Shown here: positions 49,693 to 59,804 of the stretch, piece after piece | Layout: each line of letters starts with the position of its first letter | Numbering within the stretch: position 1 is the first letter of the stretch | NCBI GenBank assembly: GCA_963755715.1 | Contig: CAVWLW010000033.1 | Coordinates: 160,001-224,000 of the forward strand | Reading direction: 5' to 3' | DNA length: 64,000 bases | DNA from: an uncultured delta proteobacterium | Lineage (GTDB): Bacteria; Desulfobacterota; Binatia; UBA9968 | Notes under the pieces: generated by a model | What the model was told of the DNA's origin: nothing | Databases searched by the model: none | The model's input: the letters and a program-made list of their open reading frames with translations, nothing else | Translations under genes and position numbers: made by a program

Positions 49693-50621
49693 CGTTTGTC
49701 GCTAAAAAGATCCGTGCTCAGATAATGTTCGCCCTTGTCGGCAAAGATAGTGACGACGACATGGCCTTTGCCCAAACTCTTGGCTACCTTCAACGCGGCG
49801 CAACAGGCGGCGCCCGAAGAAATACCGACGAGCAGCCCTTCTTCGGCCGCCAACCGACGCGCATGATGGGTCGCTTCTTCGTCGCTGACTTTAATTATTT
49901 CGTCAAGGATCTGTCGATTCAAGACCGCCGGAACAAAGCCGGCGCCGATTCCTTGGATTTTGTGATAACCGGGTTCTCCTCCGGAAATCACCGGTGAAGC
50001 CGCGGGTTCCACCGCGCAAATCCGCACGCCCTTCATCTTCTCCTTCAGCACTTCGCCGACTCCGGTAATCGTCCCGCCGGTGCCCACGCCGGCGACGAAC
50101 GCGTCGATGCGTTTAAACTGCTTCAGTAATTCGACGGCCGTGGTCTTTCGATGCACATCCGGATTTGCCGGATTGTTGAACTGCTGCGGCATGAAATATT
50201 CGCCATTTTGCTCTAGTAACTCCTCGGCTTTGTGAATTGCCCCGCCCATCCCTTTGGTATCAGGGGTCAAGATCAAACGCGCACCATAAGCGCAGAGCAG
50301 GCTGCGGCGCTCTTCGCTCATCGTGTCGGGCATCGTCAATATCAGCCGATAACCCTTAACGGCGGCGATCAAGGCAAGACCGATCCCCGTGTTGCCGCTA
50401 GTCGGTTCGACGATCGTCGCACCGGGCTTGAGCTTTCCTTGGCGCTCGGCCGTCTCAATCATGTTGAGACAGATGCGATCCTTGACTGAACCTCCCGGGT
50501 TAAATGATTCCATTTTCGCCCATACTTCGGCGTCATCTTTCCCCGGCAGTGTCCTTAGCTTAACCACGGGGGTGGAGCCGATGAGATCCAGAACGGATCG
50601 GGCGCCATTCAAGTTCGTCAC
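49668..50621 (-). CDS. cysK: Cysteine synthase A
   Basis: [35 protein letters not shown]. Confidence 0.95.
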   Translation of the reverse strand: MTNLNGARSVLDLIGSTPVVKLRTLPGKDDAEVWAKMESFNPGGSVKDRICLNMIETAERQGKLKPGATIVEPTSGNTGIGLALIAAVKGYRLILTMPDTMSEERRSLLCAYGARLILTPDTKGMGGAIHKAEELLEQNGEYFMPQQFNNPANPDVHRKTTAVELLKQFKRIDAFVAGVGTGGTITGVGEVLKEKMKGVRICAVEPAASPVISGGEPGYHKIQGIGAGFVPAVLNRQILDEIIKVSDEEATHHARRLAAEEGLLVGISSGAACCAALKVAKSLGKGHVVVTIFADKGEHYLSTDLFSDKRWTQNSNA

Positions 50622-50701
50622 TGATTTGCTCGTCTTTCGTTAAAGGCGTGAAATTAGAATTGCCGCTCAGCAAATGCTATATTTTCGACTCCTTAAAGTC
50701 A

Positions 50702-51733
50702 ATGAAAACAGCGGCTGCCAATGACTCCGCGTTGGTTCGAGACCGGATCTGCGCGATATTTCCCGGCGCTCTCGGCGACTTCGTCTGTTTCCTCCCGGCG
50801 CTACGGATACTGGCGGATGCTGCCGACGTGGACCTTTTCGCGCGCGGCGAATTCGCCACGCTTGTTCCCCGCGGAGTTGCGGCGCGCTCGCTGGAGCGGC
50901 CCGAAGTCCGCAACCTCTTCGTTGAAGATGAAGTCGCGCTGGAATCTCTGCAGGGTTTCTTCGGCGCTTACTCTGCGGTTTATTCATGGTTGGGAAGTCA
51001 ACAAAAAGAGTTTGTCCGCCGGCTGCAACGGGTCGCGCCCGGCAAAGCGCGCATATTTCCTTTCGCGCCCACCCATGCGCGGTTACACCAGACCGATTAT
51101 TATCTCGGCTGTTTGAACTTAAGTTCGCTCGCCGGCGCTCAACCGGTAATCGAGCTGAATCGGCACGAAGCGGCCTGGTGCGATGAATTTTTTTCACTGC
51201 ACGACCTTCATCGCCGTCCGATTTTAGCGATGGCCGCCGGAAGCGGCGCGCGGGAAAAAAATTGGCCGGAGGAATTTTTTCTAGCTGTCGCCGAGTGGTG
51301 GCGCGATCGCATCGGCGGCGCAATCATTTTACTCGTCGGTCCGGTCGAGGAAGAGCGCGGCGGCATTGAACGGCTTGATCGCCAGTGTGTCGTGGTGCGT
51401 GGATTAAGTTTGTCGCAGGTCGCGGCGTTGATCGCGCGCAGCCATGTTTATCTGGGTAACGACAGCGGCGTATCGCATGTCGCCGCGGCTACTGGTGTTC
51501 GGAGCGTCGTTCTGTTCGGTCCTTCCGCCGCCGAGCAATGGGCGCCGCGCGGGCGAAAAGTCGAGATCCTTAGCCGTAACATCGAGTGCTCGCCCTGTTC
51601 GGAGCGGCTGATGAAAAATTGCTGGCATCGTTCTTGTTTGACCGCTTTCGAATCCAAGGAAGTTATCAGGTTCTTAGCGCACTTGCCGGAGGTCCTTACC
51701 TTGACAAGGGCTAGGCCAGGGATTACAGTTTGA
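50702..51733 (+). CDS. Glycosyltransferase family 9 (ADP-heptose:LPS heptosyltransferase-like)
   Basis: PGALGD, GSG..EKNWP, GNDSGVSHVAAA, LFGPS. Confidence 0.88.
   Translation: MKTAAANDSALVRDRICAIFPGALGDFVCFLPALRILADAADVDLFARGEFATLVPRGVAARSLERPEVRNLFVEDEVALESLQGFFGAYSAVYSWLGSQQKEFVRRLQRVAPGKARIFPFAPTHARLHQTDYYLGCLNLSSLAGAQPVIELNRHEAAWCDEFFSLHDLHRRPILAMAAGSGAREKNWPEEFFLAVAEWWRDRIGGAIILLVGPVEEERGGIERLDRQCVVVRGLSLSQVAALIARSHVYLGNDSGVSHVAAATGVRSVVLFGPSAAEQWAPRGRKVEILSRNIECSPCSERLMKNCWHRSCLTAFESKEVIRFLAHLPEVLTLTRARPGITV
51701..51729 (+). promoter_or_regulatory. Sigma70-type promoter
   Basis: TTGACA-N17-TACAGT at the 3' end of the GT9 gene. Confidence 0.65.
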
Positions 51734-51842
51734 GCCAAGCATAGCCAACAAAAATTGCGCAAAAACATTGATTTAATACTGAGGCGTGTAGAGAGTGTGC
51801 GCCGGGCCGGCGCATATTAAGATCCTTACTGCGCAAAACGAC

Positions 51843-51891
51843 GCCTGAGAATCCAGCGGCATGCGCGCCGCGTGATTCCCAGGCTTTTTTT
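51843..51891 (+). terminator. Long hairpin plus T7 directly upstream of DUF1844
   Basis: GCCTGAGAATC..GCGGC / GCCGC..GATTCCCAGGC followed by TTTTTTT. Confidence 0.65.
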
Positions 51892-51913
51892 CGCGTCTAT
51901 TCAGGAGTCCAGC

Positions 51914-52348
51914 ATGGCTAATGAGGAAGGAAAACCAGCTGAAGGCAAAGGATTTACGATCCAGGATCGGCGGCGTTTCTCGCCCGATACCGGTGAAGCC
52001 CGCGAAAAGGTGTCCGAAGAAACCGAAGGGACTTCGCGCGCGGCCGAGCAGAGCGCCGAAAGCGCTGGGCGTTCTGAGGCGGTGGAGCAAGAACCGCTGC
52101 CGGAGATCAACTTTTCGACCTTCGTTATCAGTTTGAGCACGCAAGCGCTCATGCATCTCGGGGAGATCGGCAATCCGATCAGCGGAAAAGTTGAAACCGA
52201 CGTGCCGGTGGCGAAACAGATGATCGATATTTTGGCCATGCTCAAAGATAAAACGCGAGGCAATCTCGACCCGAACGAAGATCGTTTGATGCAAGATATT
52301 CTCTTCGATCTGCGCATGAAGTATGTCGAAGCGGTTAAGAAGCGATAG
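51914..52348 (+). CDS. DUF1844 domain protein
   Basis: F.IQDRRRF, FSTFVISL..QALMHLG, KTRGNL, LRMKYV. Confidence 0.85.
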   Translation: MANEEGKPAEGKGFTIQDRRRFSPDTGEAREKVSEETEGTSRAAEQSAESAGRSEAVEQEPLPEINFSTFVISLSTQALMHLGEIGNPISGKVETDVPVAKQMIDILAMLKDKTRGNLDPNEDRLMQDILFDLRMKYVEAVKKR

Positions 52349-52357
52349 GAGTTAGCG

Positions 52358-53860
52358 ATGAAGTTGAGCGACATCTGGGGCAGCGGCGTAAGCTTTAAAG
52401 GGGTTGTGTTGACCGCGTTGATCTCGCTCGCGGTCGGACTTGGGATCAGCGCCAGTTTGGATTGGCTCGCGCCTGGCCGGGCGGTGAATTTCATGGGTGA
52501 CGCCGGCACACCGGAGTCGCGCACATCCGCCGGTTTGCCGGATTTCGTGAATCTGGCGAAAAAAGTAAAGCCGCTTGTCGTCAATATATCGACCACTCAA
52601 GTGAGCGAAGGGCGCGGTTCGCCGCAAGAGTTCGGCAGCCCGTTCGGCGGCGGCGAAGAAGATCCGTTCAACGATTTTTGGCGGCGCTTTTTCGGTAATC
52701 CGCAACCGCGCGGCCCACAGCGCCAGCGCAGCCTGGGCTCCGGCTTTATCATCGATGGTGACGGGTCGATTCTGACCAACAACCATGTAGTCGAGAATGC
52801 ATCCAAGATCGTCGTCAAACTTTCCAACGATCAGGAGTATGAAGCGAAGGTCATCGGTCGGGATCAAAAAACCGACATCGCGATTATCAAGATCAACGCT
52901 ACAACTAGCCTTCCCGTCGCCGGCTTGGGCGACTCCGACCAGCTCGAGGTCGGTGAATGGGTCGTTGCGATCGGCAATCCTTTCGGACTGGACAGCACAG
53001 TGACTTCTGGGATCGTCAGCGCCAAAGGGCGTCACATCGGTCAGGGGCCGTACGATAATTTCATTCAAACGGACGCGTCGATCAATCCGGGCAACTCCGG
53101 CGGACCGCTGATCAATCTGCGCGGCGAGGTCATCGGCATCAACACCGCCATCTTCAGCCGGACCGGCGGCAACATCGGCATCGGCTTTGCTATCCCGATC
53201 AATCTCGTGAAAGAACTGCTACCGCAGTTGCGCGGCAAAGGTAAAGTCACACGCGGCTATCTCGGCGTGCTGATTCAAAAGGTCACGCCGGAAATCGGTG
53301 AAAGCCTGGGCATGGAAAAAAGTTACGGCGCCTTGGTCGCCAACGTTTCCAAGGACGGGCCGGCCGATAAAGCGGGGGTCAAAGTCGGTGATGTGATCGT
53401 CGAATTCGACGGCAAGGAGGTCAAAGATTCGGGTGACCTGCCGATCATCGTCGCGCGCACGCCGGTGGATAAAAAAGTCCGGATGAAGGTCTTGCGCGAC
53501 AAGAAAGAGATCGCGCTCAGCGTCGCTGTCGGTGAGCTCAAAGAAGAAGAAGTTGTCGCCGCTGTGCCTGAGAAAGGCGAGTTGGGGCTCACCGTCCAAA
53601 GGCTGACGCCGCAAATGGCGGAAAGCCTCGGACTGGAAAAATCCGAAGGCGTCGTCATCACCTCCGTGGAAGCCGGCAGCGCCGGTGATGAAGCGGGAAT
53701 TCGCCGTGGCGATATCATCCTCGAAGTCGATCGCAAGGCCGTGCGCAACGTAGACGAGTATAAAAAGGCGGTCGCCGGATCGCGTAAGGGACGCGGCGTG
53801 CTCTTTTTGGTGCGGCGCGGCGATAGCACGATTTTTTTGGCGCTCAAGCCGCAGCGCTGA
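52358..53860 (+). CDS. degP: Do/DegP/DegQ family serine protease with two PDZ domains
   Basis: SLGSGFII, TNNHVV, TDIA, QTDASINPGNSGGPL. Confidence 0.95.
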   Translation: MKLSDIWGSGVSFKGVVLTALISLAVGLGISASLDWLAPGRAVNFMGDAGTPESRTSAGLPDFVNLAKKVKPLVVNISTTQVSEGRGSPQEFGSPFGGGEEDPFNDFWRRFFGNPQPRGPQRQRSLGSGFIIDGDGSILTNNHVVENASKIVVKLSNDQEYEAKVIGRDQKTDIAIIKINATTSLPVAGLGDSDQLEVGEWVVAIGNPFGLDSTVTSGIVSAKGRHIGQGPYDNFIQTDASINPGNSGGPLINLRGEVIGINTAIFSRTGGNIGIGFAIPINLVKELLPQLRGKGKVTRGYLGVLIQKVTPEIGESLGMEKSYGALVANVSKDGPADKAGVKVGDVIVEFDGKEVKDSGDLPIIVARTPVDKKVRMKVLRDKKEIALSVAVGELKEEEVVAAVPEKGELGLTVQRLTPQMAESLGLEKSEGVVITSVEAGSAGDEAGIRRGDIILEVDRKAVRNVDEYKKAVAGSRKGRGVLFLVRRGDSTIFLALKPQR

Positions 53861-53888
53861 GCTTGGTTCGATTCCAAACGCGTAGATG

Positions 53889-53930
53889 CAAAACGAGGCG
53901 CGGTGATTTACCCGGCCTCGTTTTGTTGCT
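53889..53930 (+). terminator. Intrinsic terminator after degP
   Basis: CAAAACGAGG / CCTCGTTTTG followed by TTG. Confidence 0.6.
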
Positions 53931-53972
53931 TTTGGCTTCGGTCTGCGCGAGAATCTATCTACCTTTGAGGCG

Positions 53973-56249
53973 TTGGGTTTGATTAAGTCCAAACTTCGAG
54001 TTTTCAGCGTATCCTTAGTTATTATTCTGGTTATTACCTCCAGCGGTTTGGTTTTCGGGGCGTGGTACTTGAAGCGTCTCGAGGATACCATCACGGAAAA
54101 GTTCGAGGGACGGAAATGGGTTTTTCCGTCCAAAATTTATTCTGACAGTTACCTCCTTTACATCGGCATCAGCGTGCGGCTCGAAGAACTGGCCGAGAAA
54201 TTGCGCCGCCTCGGCTATTTCGAAAGCCCCGCCGAACCGAAATCCAAGGGAGAATACCGGATCGCCAAAGCCGACAATCTCATCGAAATCTATCTTCACG
54301 ATTTCGATTTTCCGACCGAACATTTCAAAGGGATTCCCGTGCGCATCTCGCTTCAGGGCACGATCGTTCGCCGCATCGAAAGCATGGCGACCGGCAAAGA
54401 GATGTTTTCCCTGGAACTCGAGCCCGAGCTGGTGACGGGTCTTTACGAGCGCATCTGGCAGGAACGCAAAGTCGTCAAGCTATCCGAAGTGCCGCCGCTG
54501 CTCGTGAAATCGGTGTTGGCGGTGGAAGACGAGCGCTTTTACAGCCATCACGGCATCGATCCTATCGGCATTCTGCGCGCCATGTGGGTGAATCTGCGCA
54601 GCATGAGCTTTCAGCAGGGCGGCAGTACGCTCACCCAGCAGTTGGTGAAAAATTTTTTTCTGACCGACGAGCGAACGATCAGTCGCAAAATTCCCGAGGC
54701 CGTCATGGCCCTGATCGCGGAGCGAAAATATTCCAAGGAGACGATCCTCGAAAACTATCTCAATGAAATCTATCTGGGCCAACGCGGTTCCCAAGGCATT
54801 TTCGGCGTGTGGGAGGCCGCGCAGTTTTATTTTTCCAAGCCGCTCTCCGATTTGACGGTGGGCGAGTCGGCGCTCTTGGCCGGACTGATTCGCGCGCCCA
54901 ATCGCTTGTCGCCCTATCGCAGCGCCGAAGCGGCGACTCGGCGGCGCAACGTCGTATTGGCCAAATTGCTCGATGACCGGATCATCACGCGTCGGCAATA
55001 CGATTTTGCCATGCGCGAAAAACTTCCCCAGCGTGCCGTGGTGAAAGTGACGAATGATGCGCCGTTCTATGTCGATTATTTGCGCCGCGAGCTCGAGGAA
55101 AATTATTCCAACGCGGTCCTGACCAAAGAAGGGCTGCGGATCTACAGCAGCCTCGACTTGAACATTCAACGAATCGCCGAGCGGGCGCTGGTCGAAGGGC
55201 TTAAAAAGCTCGAAGCGGCTCACCCGGCGTTGCGCCGCAAGGGCGACGACAGCTTAGAAGGGGCGATCGTCGTGTTGCGGCCTCAAACCGGTGAGATCAA
55301 GGCGATGGTCGGCGGTCGCAATTATCCCAAGTCGCAATTCAATCGAGTGTTTCAAGCCCGGCGCCAGCCGGGTTCAGTTTTCAAGCCTTTCGTCTATTTG
55401 GCGGCGCTGATGTACGGCGGGCAGAGCGGCGTTAAGTATACGCCCGAAACGATCATCAACGACAGCCAGTTCACCTGGAACTATGATGGCCGGGACTGGC
55501 AACCGAGTAACTATAACAACCAATACTTCGGCGCGGTGACGTTTCGCCGCGCCTTGGAAAACTCGCTCAATTCCGCGACCAGCCGCGTGGCGCAGGACGT
55601 CGGCATCCGGCGCGTGCGCGAACTCGCAAAACGCTTGGGCATTCAAAGCCCGCTGCCGGCGGTGCCTTCGCTTGCGTTGGGCGCCGCCGAGGTGACGCCG
55701 TTGGAAGTCGCGGTCGCGTTTTCCACCTTGGCCAACGGCGGCGTGCGCTCTCGACCGCTGGCGGTCAGAAACGTGATCGATCAAAATGCCCAATTACTAG
55801 AGAAGCGTGATGTTCGCAATGAACAGGTCCTAAGTCCGCAGATAGCTTACATGATGAACGAGCTGCTCAAGGGCGTGTTGGATCGGGGCACCGCCGCGAT
55901 GGCTCGACGGTGGGGATTTACCCGGCCGGCGGCCGGCAAAACCGGCACGACGAATGATTACAAAGACGCCTGGTTTGTCGGTTATACGCCGGATTTGCTC
56001 GCGGTCGTGTGGGTTGGCTTCGATGGTCAGAGCAAGCTTAACCTCTCGGGCGCGGAAGCGGCCCTGCCGATCTGGACGGAATTTATGAAAAACGCCACGG
56101 CCAACATGCCGGTAACCGACTTCATCGAGCCGGCGCCGCTGCCCGGCGAAGATGTTCCAGGAAATTGCGCGCCGGGACAGGATAACGGAGCGGGAAGCGC
56201 TCCTTGTCCGCCCGCAGTGCAAACTCGCGCGCCCGCGGAGGCGCTGTAA
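53973..56249 (+). CDS. mrcB: Penicillin-binding protein 1B (class A, UB2H-like region)
   Basis: EDERFYSH, GGSTLTQQLVKN, RQPGSVFKPF, SLN, GKTGT; UB2H-like LRRLGY segment. Confidence 0.93.
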   Translation: MGLIKSKLRVFSVSLVIILVITSSGLVFGAWYLKRLEDTITEKFEGRKWVFPSKIYSDSYLLYIGISVRLEELAEKLRRLGYFESPAEPKSKGEYRIAKADNLIEIYLHDFDFPTEHFKGIPVRISLQGTIVRRIESMATGKEMFSLELEPELVTGLYERIWQERKVVKLSEVPPLLVKSVLAVEDERFYSHHGIDPIGILRAMWVNLRSMSFQQGGSTLTQQLVKNFFLTDERTISRKIPEAVMALIAERKYSKETILENYLNEIYLGQRGSQGIFGVWEAAQFYFSKPLSDLTVGESALLAGLIRAPNRLSPYRSAEAATRRRNVVLAKLLDDRIITRRQYDFAMREKLPQRAVVKVTNDAPFYVDYLRRELEENYSNAVLTKEGLRIYSSLDLNIQRIAERALVEGLKKLEAAHPALRRKGDDSLEGAIVVLRPQTGEIKAMVGGRNYPKSQFNRVFQARRQPGSVFKPFVYLAALMYGGQSGVKYTPETIINDSQFTWNYDGRDWQPSNYNNQYFGAVTFRRALENSLNSATSRVAQDVGIRRVRELAKRLGIQSPLPAVPSLALGAAEVTPLEVAVAFSTLANGGVRSRPLAVRNVIDQNAQLLEKRDVRNEQVLSPQIAYMMNELLKGVLDRGTAAMARRWGFTRPAAGKTGTTNDYKDAWFVGYTPDLLAVVWVGFDGQSKLNLSGAEAALPIWTEFMKNATANMPVTDFIEPAPLPGEDVPGNCAPGQDNGAGSAPCPPAVQTRAPAEAL

Positions 56250-56263
56250 AAATTTCGCCGGTC

Positions 56264-57034
56264 ATGGTTTCTGTCGCTCGCCAAATATTTTTTGGCGCTA
56301 TCGCGCTCGCTGTGGGCGCTTACGGTTGCGCGCCGCAGCAGCCCTACCGTAGGCCTTTGCCGCCGAACGATGGCAACATTTCCGCGCCGCGATTTCCGCC
56401 GGCACCGCCGCCGGCTCCCGTACCGCCGCCCGAATTGGCGCGCAAGCCGCTGCCCCAGGAAGGCAAAATTCGCGAGCAGGACTTGAAGTCCAAGTCACCC
56501 GCGCCGAATATTCCAGGCCGAGATGGTAAAGACTCCTCCCGCCCCTCGAGCCCGGCGGAGAGTTCGGCTTCGCCGGAGTCAACTCCGGCGCCGTTGCCGG
56601 ACGATAGTTCATTGCTTGCCAAAATTACTCCCGGCATCTCGCCGCAACGCGCGGCGTCGTTGCGGCTCACCGACGAAGGCAGCAAGCTGCTCGACGCCGG
56701 CGAAGCCGCCAAGGCGCTCACGCGCTTGGAAAGAACCATCGTGATCGACTCCACCAACCCCTATGGATATTTTTATCTAGCCAAGGCGCAGTATCGTTTG
56801 GGGCGATACCGAGAATCGCTGAATTTTCTCGATATTGTCGAACCGCGGTTACGCTCGGAGCCCTTCTGGATGGCCGAGGTACAGGCGCTGCGCGGCGACA
56901 ACTATCGGGCGCTGGGCCAAGTGCAGCGGGCGGAAGCGAGCTACGTTCAGTCCCTGCGTTTTAATTCCGGCAATCGCAGCGCCGCCGACGGCTTGAGTCG
57001 TTTGCAAGGCGACCCGCAATCGGTTAACAAATAG
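56264..57034 (+). CDS. TPR lipoprotein with Pro-rich linker (LpoP-like)
   Basis: Lipobox AYGC, disordered Pro-rich linker, C-terminal TPRs; directly after PBP1B. Confidence 0.72.
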   Translation: MVSVARQIFFGAIALAVGAYGCAPQQPYRRPLPPNDGNISAPRFPPAPPPAPVPPPELARKPLPQEGKIREQDLKSKSPAPNIPGRDGKDSSRPSSPAESSASPESTPAPLPDDSSLLAKITPGISPQRAASLRLTDEGSKLLDAGEAAKALTRLERTIVIDSTNPYGYFYLAKAQYRLGRYRESLNFLDIVEPRLRSEPFWMAEVQALRGDNYRALGQVQRAEASYVQSLRFNSGNRSAADGLSRLQGDPQSVNK

Positions 57035-57046
57035 CGCTCTTCTCCA

Positions 57047-58048
57047 ATGTTAATTCTCGGTGTGGAAACTTCCTGCGATGACACCGCTGCGGCCGTGTTG
57101 CGAGACGGACGGACGATTCTCGCCAACGTGGTTTCTTCGCAAGACCAGGTGCATGGCCCCTATGGCGGCGTGGTGCCGGAGCTCGCTTCGCGCCAGCATA
57201 TCAAAACCATTTTGCCGATCGTCGACGGCGCCTTACAAAAAGCCAATGTGAGATTGCAAGATCTGGACGGCATCGCCGTCACGTACGGCCCCGGCTTGGT
57301 CGGGTCTTTGCTCGTCGGACTGTCCCTGGTCAAAGGCATGTCGTTTCGTTCGGGCATCCCCTACGTCGGCGTCAATCATCTCGAAGCCCATTTGCTGGCG
57401 ATCCATCTCGAACATGAAGTTTCGTTTCCTTATATCGCGTTGCTCGCGTCCGGCGGGCATACGCTGCTCTATCGCGTGAATGGCGTCGGCGACTACGTTC
57501 ACCTGGGCGGTACTCGCGACGACGCGGCGGGCGAGGCCTTCGACAAAGTGGCCAAGATGATGGGGCTTGGCTATCCGGGGGGACGGATTATCGACCAACT
57601 GGCGCAAAGCGGCGATGCCAGAGCCATTCGTTTCCCGCGCGCGCGCTTTCACAAGAGCGCCTACGAGTTTAGCTTCAGCGGTATTAAGACTGCGGTGTGG
57701 CATTACCTAAAGACTCAACAAGGCAAGGAACAGACGGAACGACAACAAGCCGACATCGCCGCAAGCTTTCAGGAAGCGATCGTCGATATGTTGGTAGAGC
57801 CGGCGATCCGGGCGGCGTTGGCCAACGGCGTCAAGCGCATTGTGCTGTCCGGCGGCGTCGCCGCCAACAGCCGGCTGCGCGCCAGCATGAAAGAGAAAGC
57901 GGATGGTGCAGGTGTGCAAGTCTTCTATCCCGCGCCGAAGTTCTGCACGGATAACGGCGCGATGATCGCTCTGGCTGGATATCATGCGCTCCAACGCGGG
58001 CGACGTGATGATTATCATCTCAACGCCGACGCCGACTTGACGCTCTAA
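57047..58048 (+). CDS. tsaD: tRNA N6-adenosine threonylcarbamoyltransferase
   Basis: LGVETSCDDT, GGVVPELASR, HLEAH, SGGHT, DDAAGEAFDK, TDNGAMI. Confidence 0.97.
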   Translation: MLILGVETSCDDTAAAVLRDGRTILANVVSSQDQVHGPYGGVVPELASRQHIKTILPIVDGALQKANVRLQDLDGIAVTYGPGLVGSLLVGLSLVKGMSFRSGIPYVGVNHLEAHLLAIHLEHEVSFPYIALLASGGHTLLYRVNGVGDYVHLGGTRDDAAGEAFDKVAKMMGLGYPGGRIIDQLAQSGDARAIRFPRARFHKSAYEFSFSGIKTAVWHYLKTQQGKEQTERQQADIAASFQEAIVDMLVEPAIRAALANGVKRIVLSGGVAANSRLRASMKEKADGAGVQVFYPAPKFCTDNGAMIALAGYHALQRGRRDDYHLNADADLTL

Positions 58049-58086
58049 TTTATTTCAATCGATTCGATTTCAAAAGGCTCAAGGGG

Positions 58087-58971
58087 ATGGCGACCCTTTA
58101 CGAAGAAGTTCGCGCGGCGCTGCGCGAATCGAATTTCAAACCGCGCAAGAGCCGGGGACAAAATTTCTTAATTCATGAGCGCGTGATTGATTCGATTATT
58201 CGACTACTCGATCTTTCGGCGGCGGACGAGATCATCGAAATCGGCCCCGGCTTGGGTTTTCTAACGCGGCGTCTGCTTGAGCACGCAGGCCAAGTCTGGG
58301 CGGTCGAAATCGATCCTCTACTGGTCGAGCGTCTGCGCGCCAGCGCGCTCGGCGCCGATCCGAAGCTACATCTGATCCAGGGCGATATTTTGCAAATTTC
58401 ATTGGCGAAGATTTTTGCCAGGAAGAAAATCAAGCTCGCCGGTAATCTGCCTTACAATATTGCCACCCAGGTCTTGTTTCGGATCTTTGAATGGCGCGAG
58501 CATTTTTCCTCCTTGGTTCTGATGGTTCAAAAAGAGGTCGCCGATCGAATTGTCAGCGGCCCGGGCACGAAAGATTACGGCGCGCTGTCGATTTTATGCC
58601 AGGTACACGGACGGATAACCGGCAAGGTTTCGGTTTCGCCGGAGGCCTTTTTCCCGCGCCCGAAGGTGCGTTCGACCGTGCTTAAGATCGAGCTTTTTCC
58701 CGAGGCGCGGCTTGAGATCGATCAATGGCCGGTGCTGCGCAATTTGGTGCGCGCTGCGTTTGCCCAGCGGCGCAAGACGCTCGGCAATGCGCTCGCGGCT
58801 TTTTCGAAGCGTACGCGGGACACGGTCGAAGATTTTCTTCGTTCACAAGAGATAGATCCGCGCCGGCGCGGTGAGACCCTCAGTGTCGATGAGTTTATCC
58901 GGCTCGCCCATGCGGCGCACGGCCAGTTTTTCTTTTCCGGCGACAACGAAATACTGAACGCGGAACACTGA
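58087..58971 (+). CDS. rsmA: 16S rRNA adenine dimethyltransferase
   Basis: GQNFL, EIGPGLG, NLPYNI, MVQKEVA, QRRKTL. Confidence 0.96.
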   Translation: MATLYEEVRAALRESNFKPRKSRGQNFLIHERVIDSIIRLLDLSAADEIIEIGPGLGFLTRRLLEHAGQVWAVEIDPLLVERLRASALGADPKLHLIQGDILQISLAKIFARKKIKLAGNLPYNIATQVLFRIFEWREHFSSLVLMVQKEVADRIVSGPGTKDYGALSILCQVHGRITGKVSVSPEAFFPRPKVRSTVLKIELFPEARLEIDQWPVLRNLVRAAFAQRRKTLGNALAAFSKRTRDTVEDFLRSQEIDPRRRGETLSVDEFIRLAHAAHGQFFFSGDNEILNAEH

Positions 58972-58975
58972 CTTT

Positions 58976-59797
58976 ATGCCCGAACTGCCCGAAGTCGAAA
59001 CCGTTTGCCGCAGCTTGCGGCCGCATCTCGTGGGCCGAACCATCCGCCGGGTACGTGTGTTGGAGCCGCGCTTGCGGCTGCCGGTGGACGAGAAGGGGCT
59101 TAAAGCGCTGGCGGGAAAGCGGATCGACGCGATCACGCGGATCGCCAAATACATCGTGTTTGATTTGTCCGGCGATACGGTTTGGGTTTTTCATCTCGGC
59201 ATGTCGGGCAAACTGATCTGCGTCGCGCCGAGCACGGCGCGAAAGAAGCACGATCACATCATTGTCCACCTCGACGATGGCGCCGAGTTGCGCTATCACG
59301 ATCCGCGCCGCTTTGGCTTGTCGCTGGTGACGAAAAGGCGGGCTTTACATGAATTGCCACAGCTTCACCGGATCGGGTTAGATCCCTTCGATCCCGCCCT
59401 AAGCGCGGATTATCTGTTTCGCTTCACGCGCTCATCCGAACGCCGCATTCGCGACCTACTTCTCGATCAACAGATCATCGCCGGCCTTGGCAATATCTAC
59501 GCCAACGAGATCCTGGCGTTGGCCGGCATCAAGCCGACCACGCGCGCGCATCGCTTAACGCGCAAGCAGGTTCAGGTGCTCGCGCAACTCATTCCCAAGC
59601 TGCTCGGCGACGCGATTCGCTGGTGCGGCACGTCGTTTTCCGACTATCGCGATGGCGACGATAAATCCGGCGAGTTTCAGAATCATTTACGGGTCTACGA
59701 CCGCGACGGCGAGCGCTGCCGGGTTTGTCCGAGCGTGATCAAGCGGGTGGCGATCGGCAACCGCAGCGCGTTTTATTGTCCGACATGCCAAAGATAA
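58976..59797 (+). CDS. mutM: Formamidopyrimidine-DNA glycosylase
   Basis: MPELPEVE, HLGMSG, GLGNIYANE, C-terminal zinc finger. Confidence 0.96.
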   Translation: MPELPEVETVCRSLRPHLVGRTIRRVRVLEPRLRLPVDEKGLKALAGKRIDAITRIAKYIVFDLSGDTVWVFHLGMSGKLICVAPSTARKKHDHIIVHLDDGAELRYHDPRRFGLSLVTKRRALHELPQLHRIGLDPFDPALSADYLFRFTRSSERRIRDLLLDQQIIAGLGNIYANEILALAGIKPTTRAHRLTRKQVQVLAQLIPKLLGDAIRWCGTSFSDYRDGDDKSGEFQNHLRVYDRDGERCRVCPSVIKRVAIGNRSAFYCPTCQR

Positions 59798-59804
59798 ATT
59801 CTTG

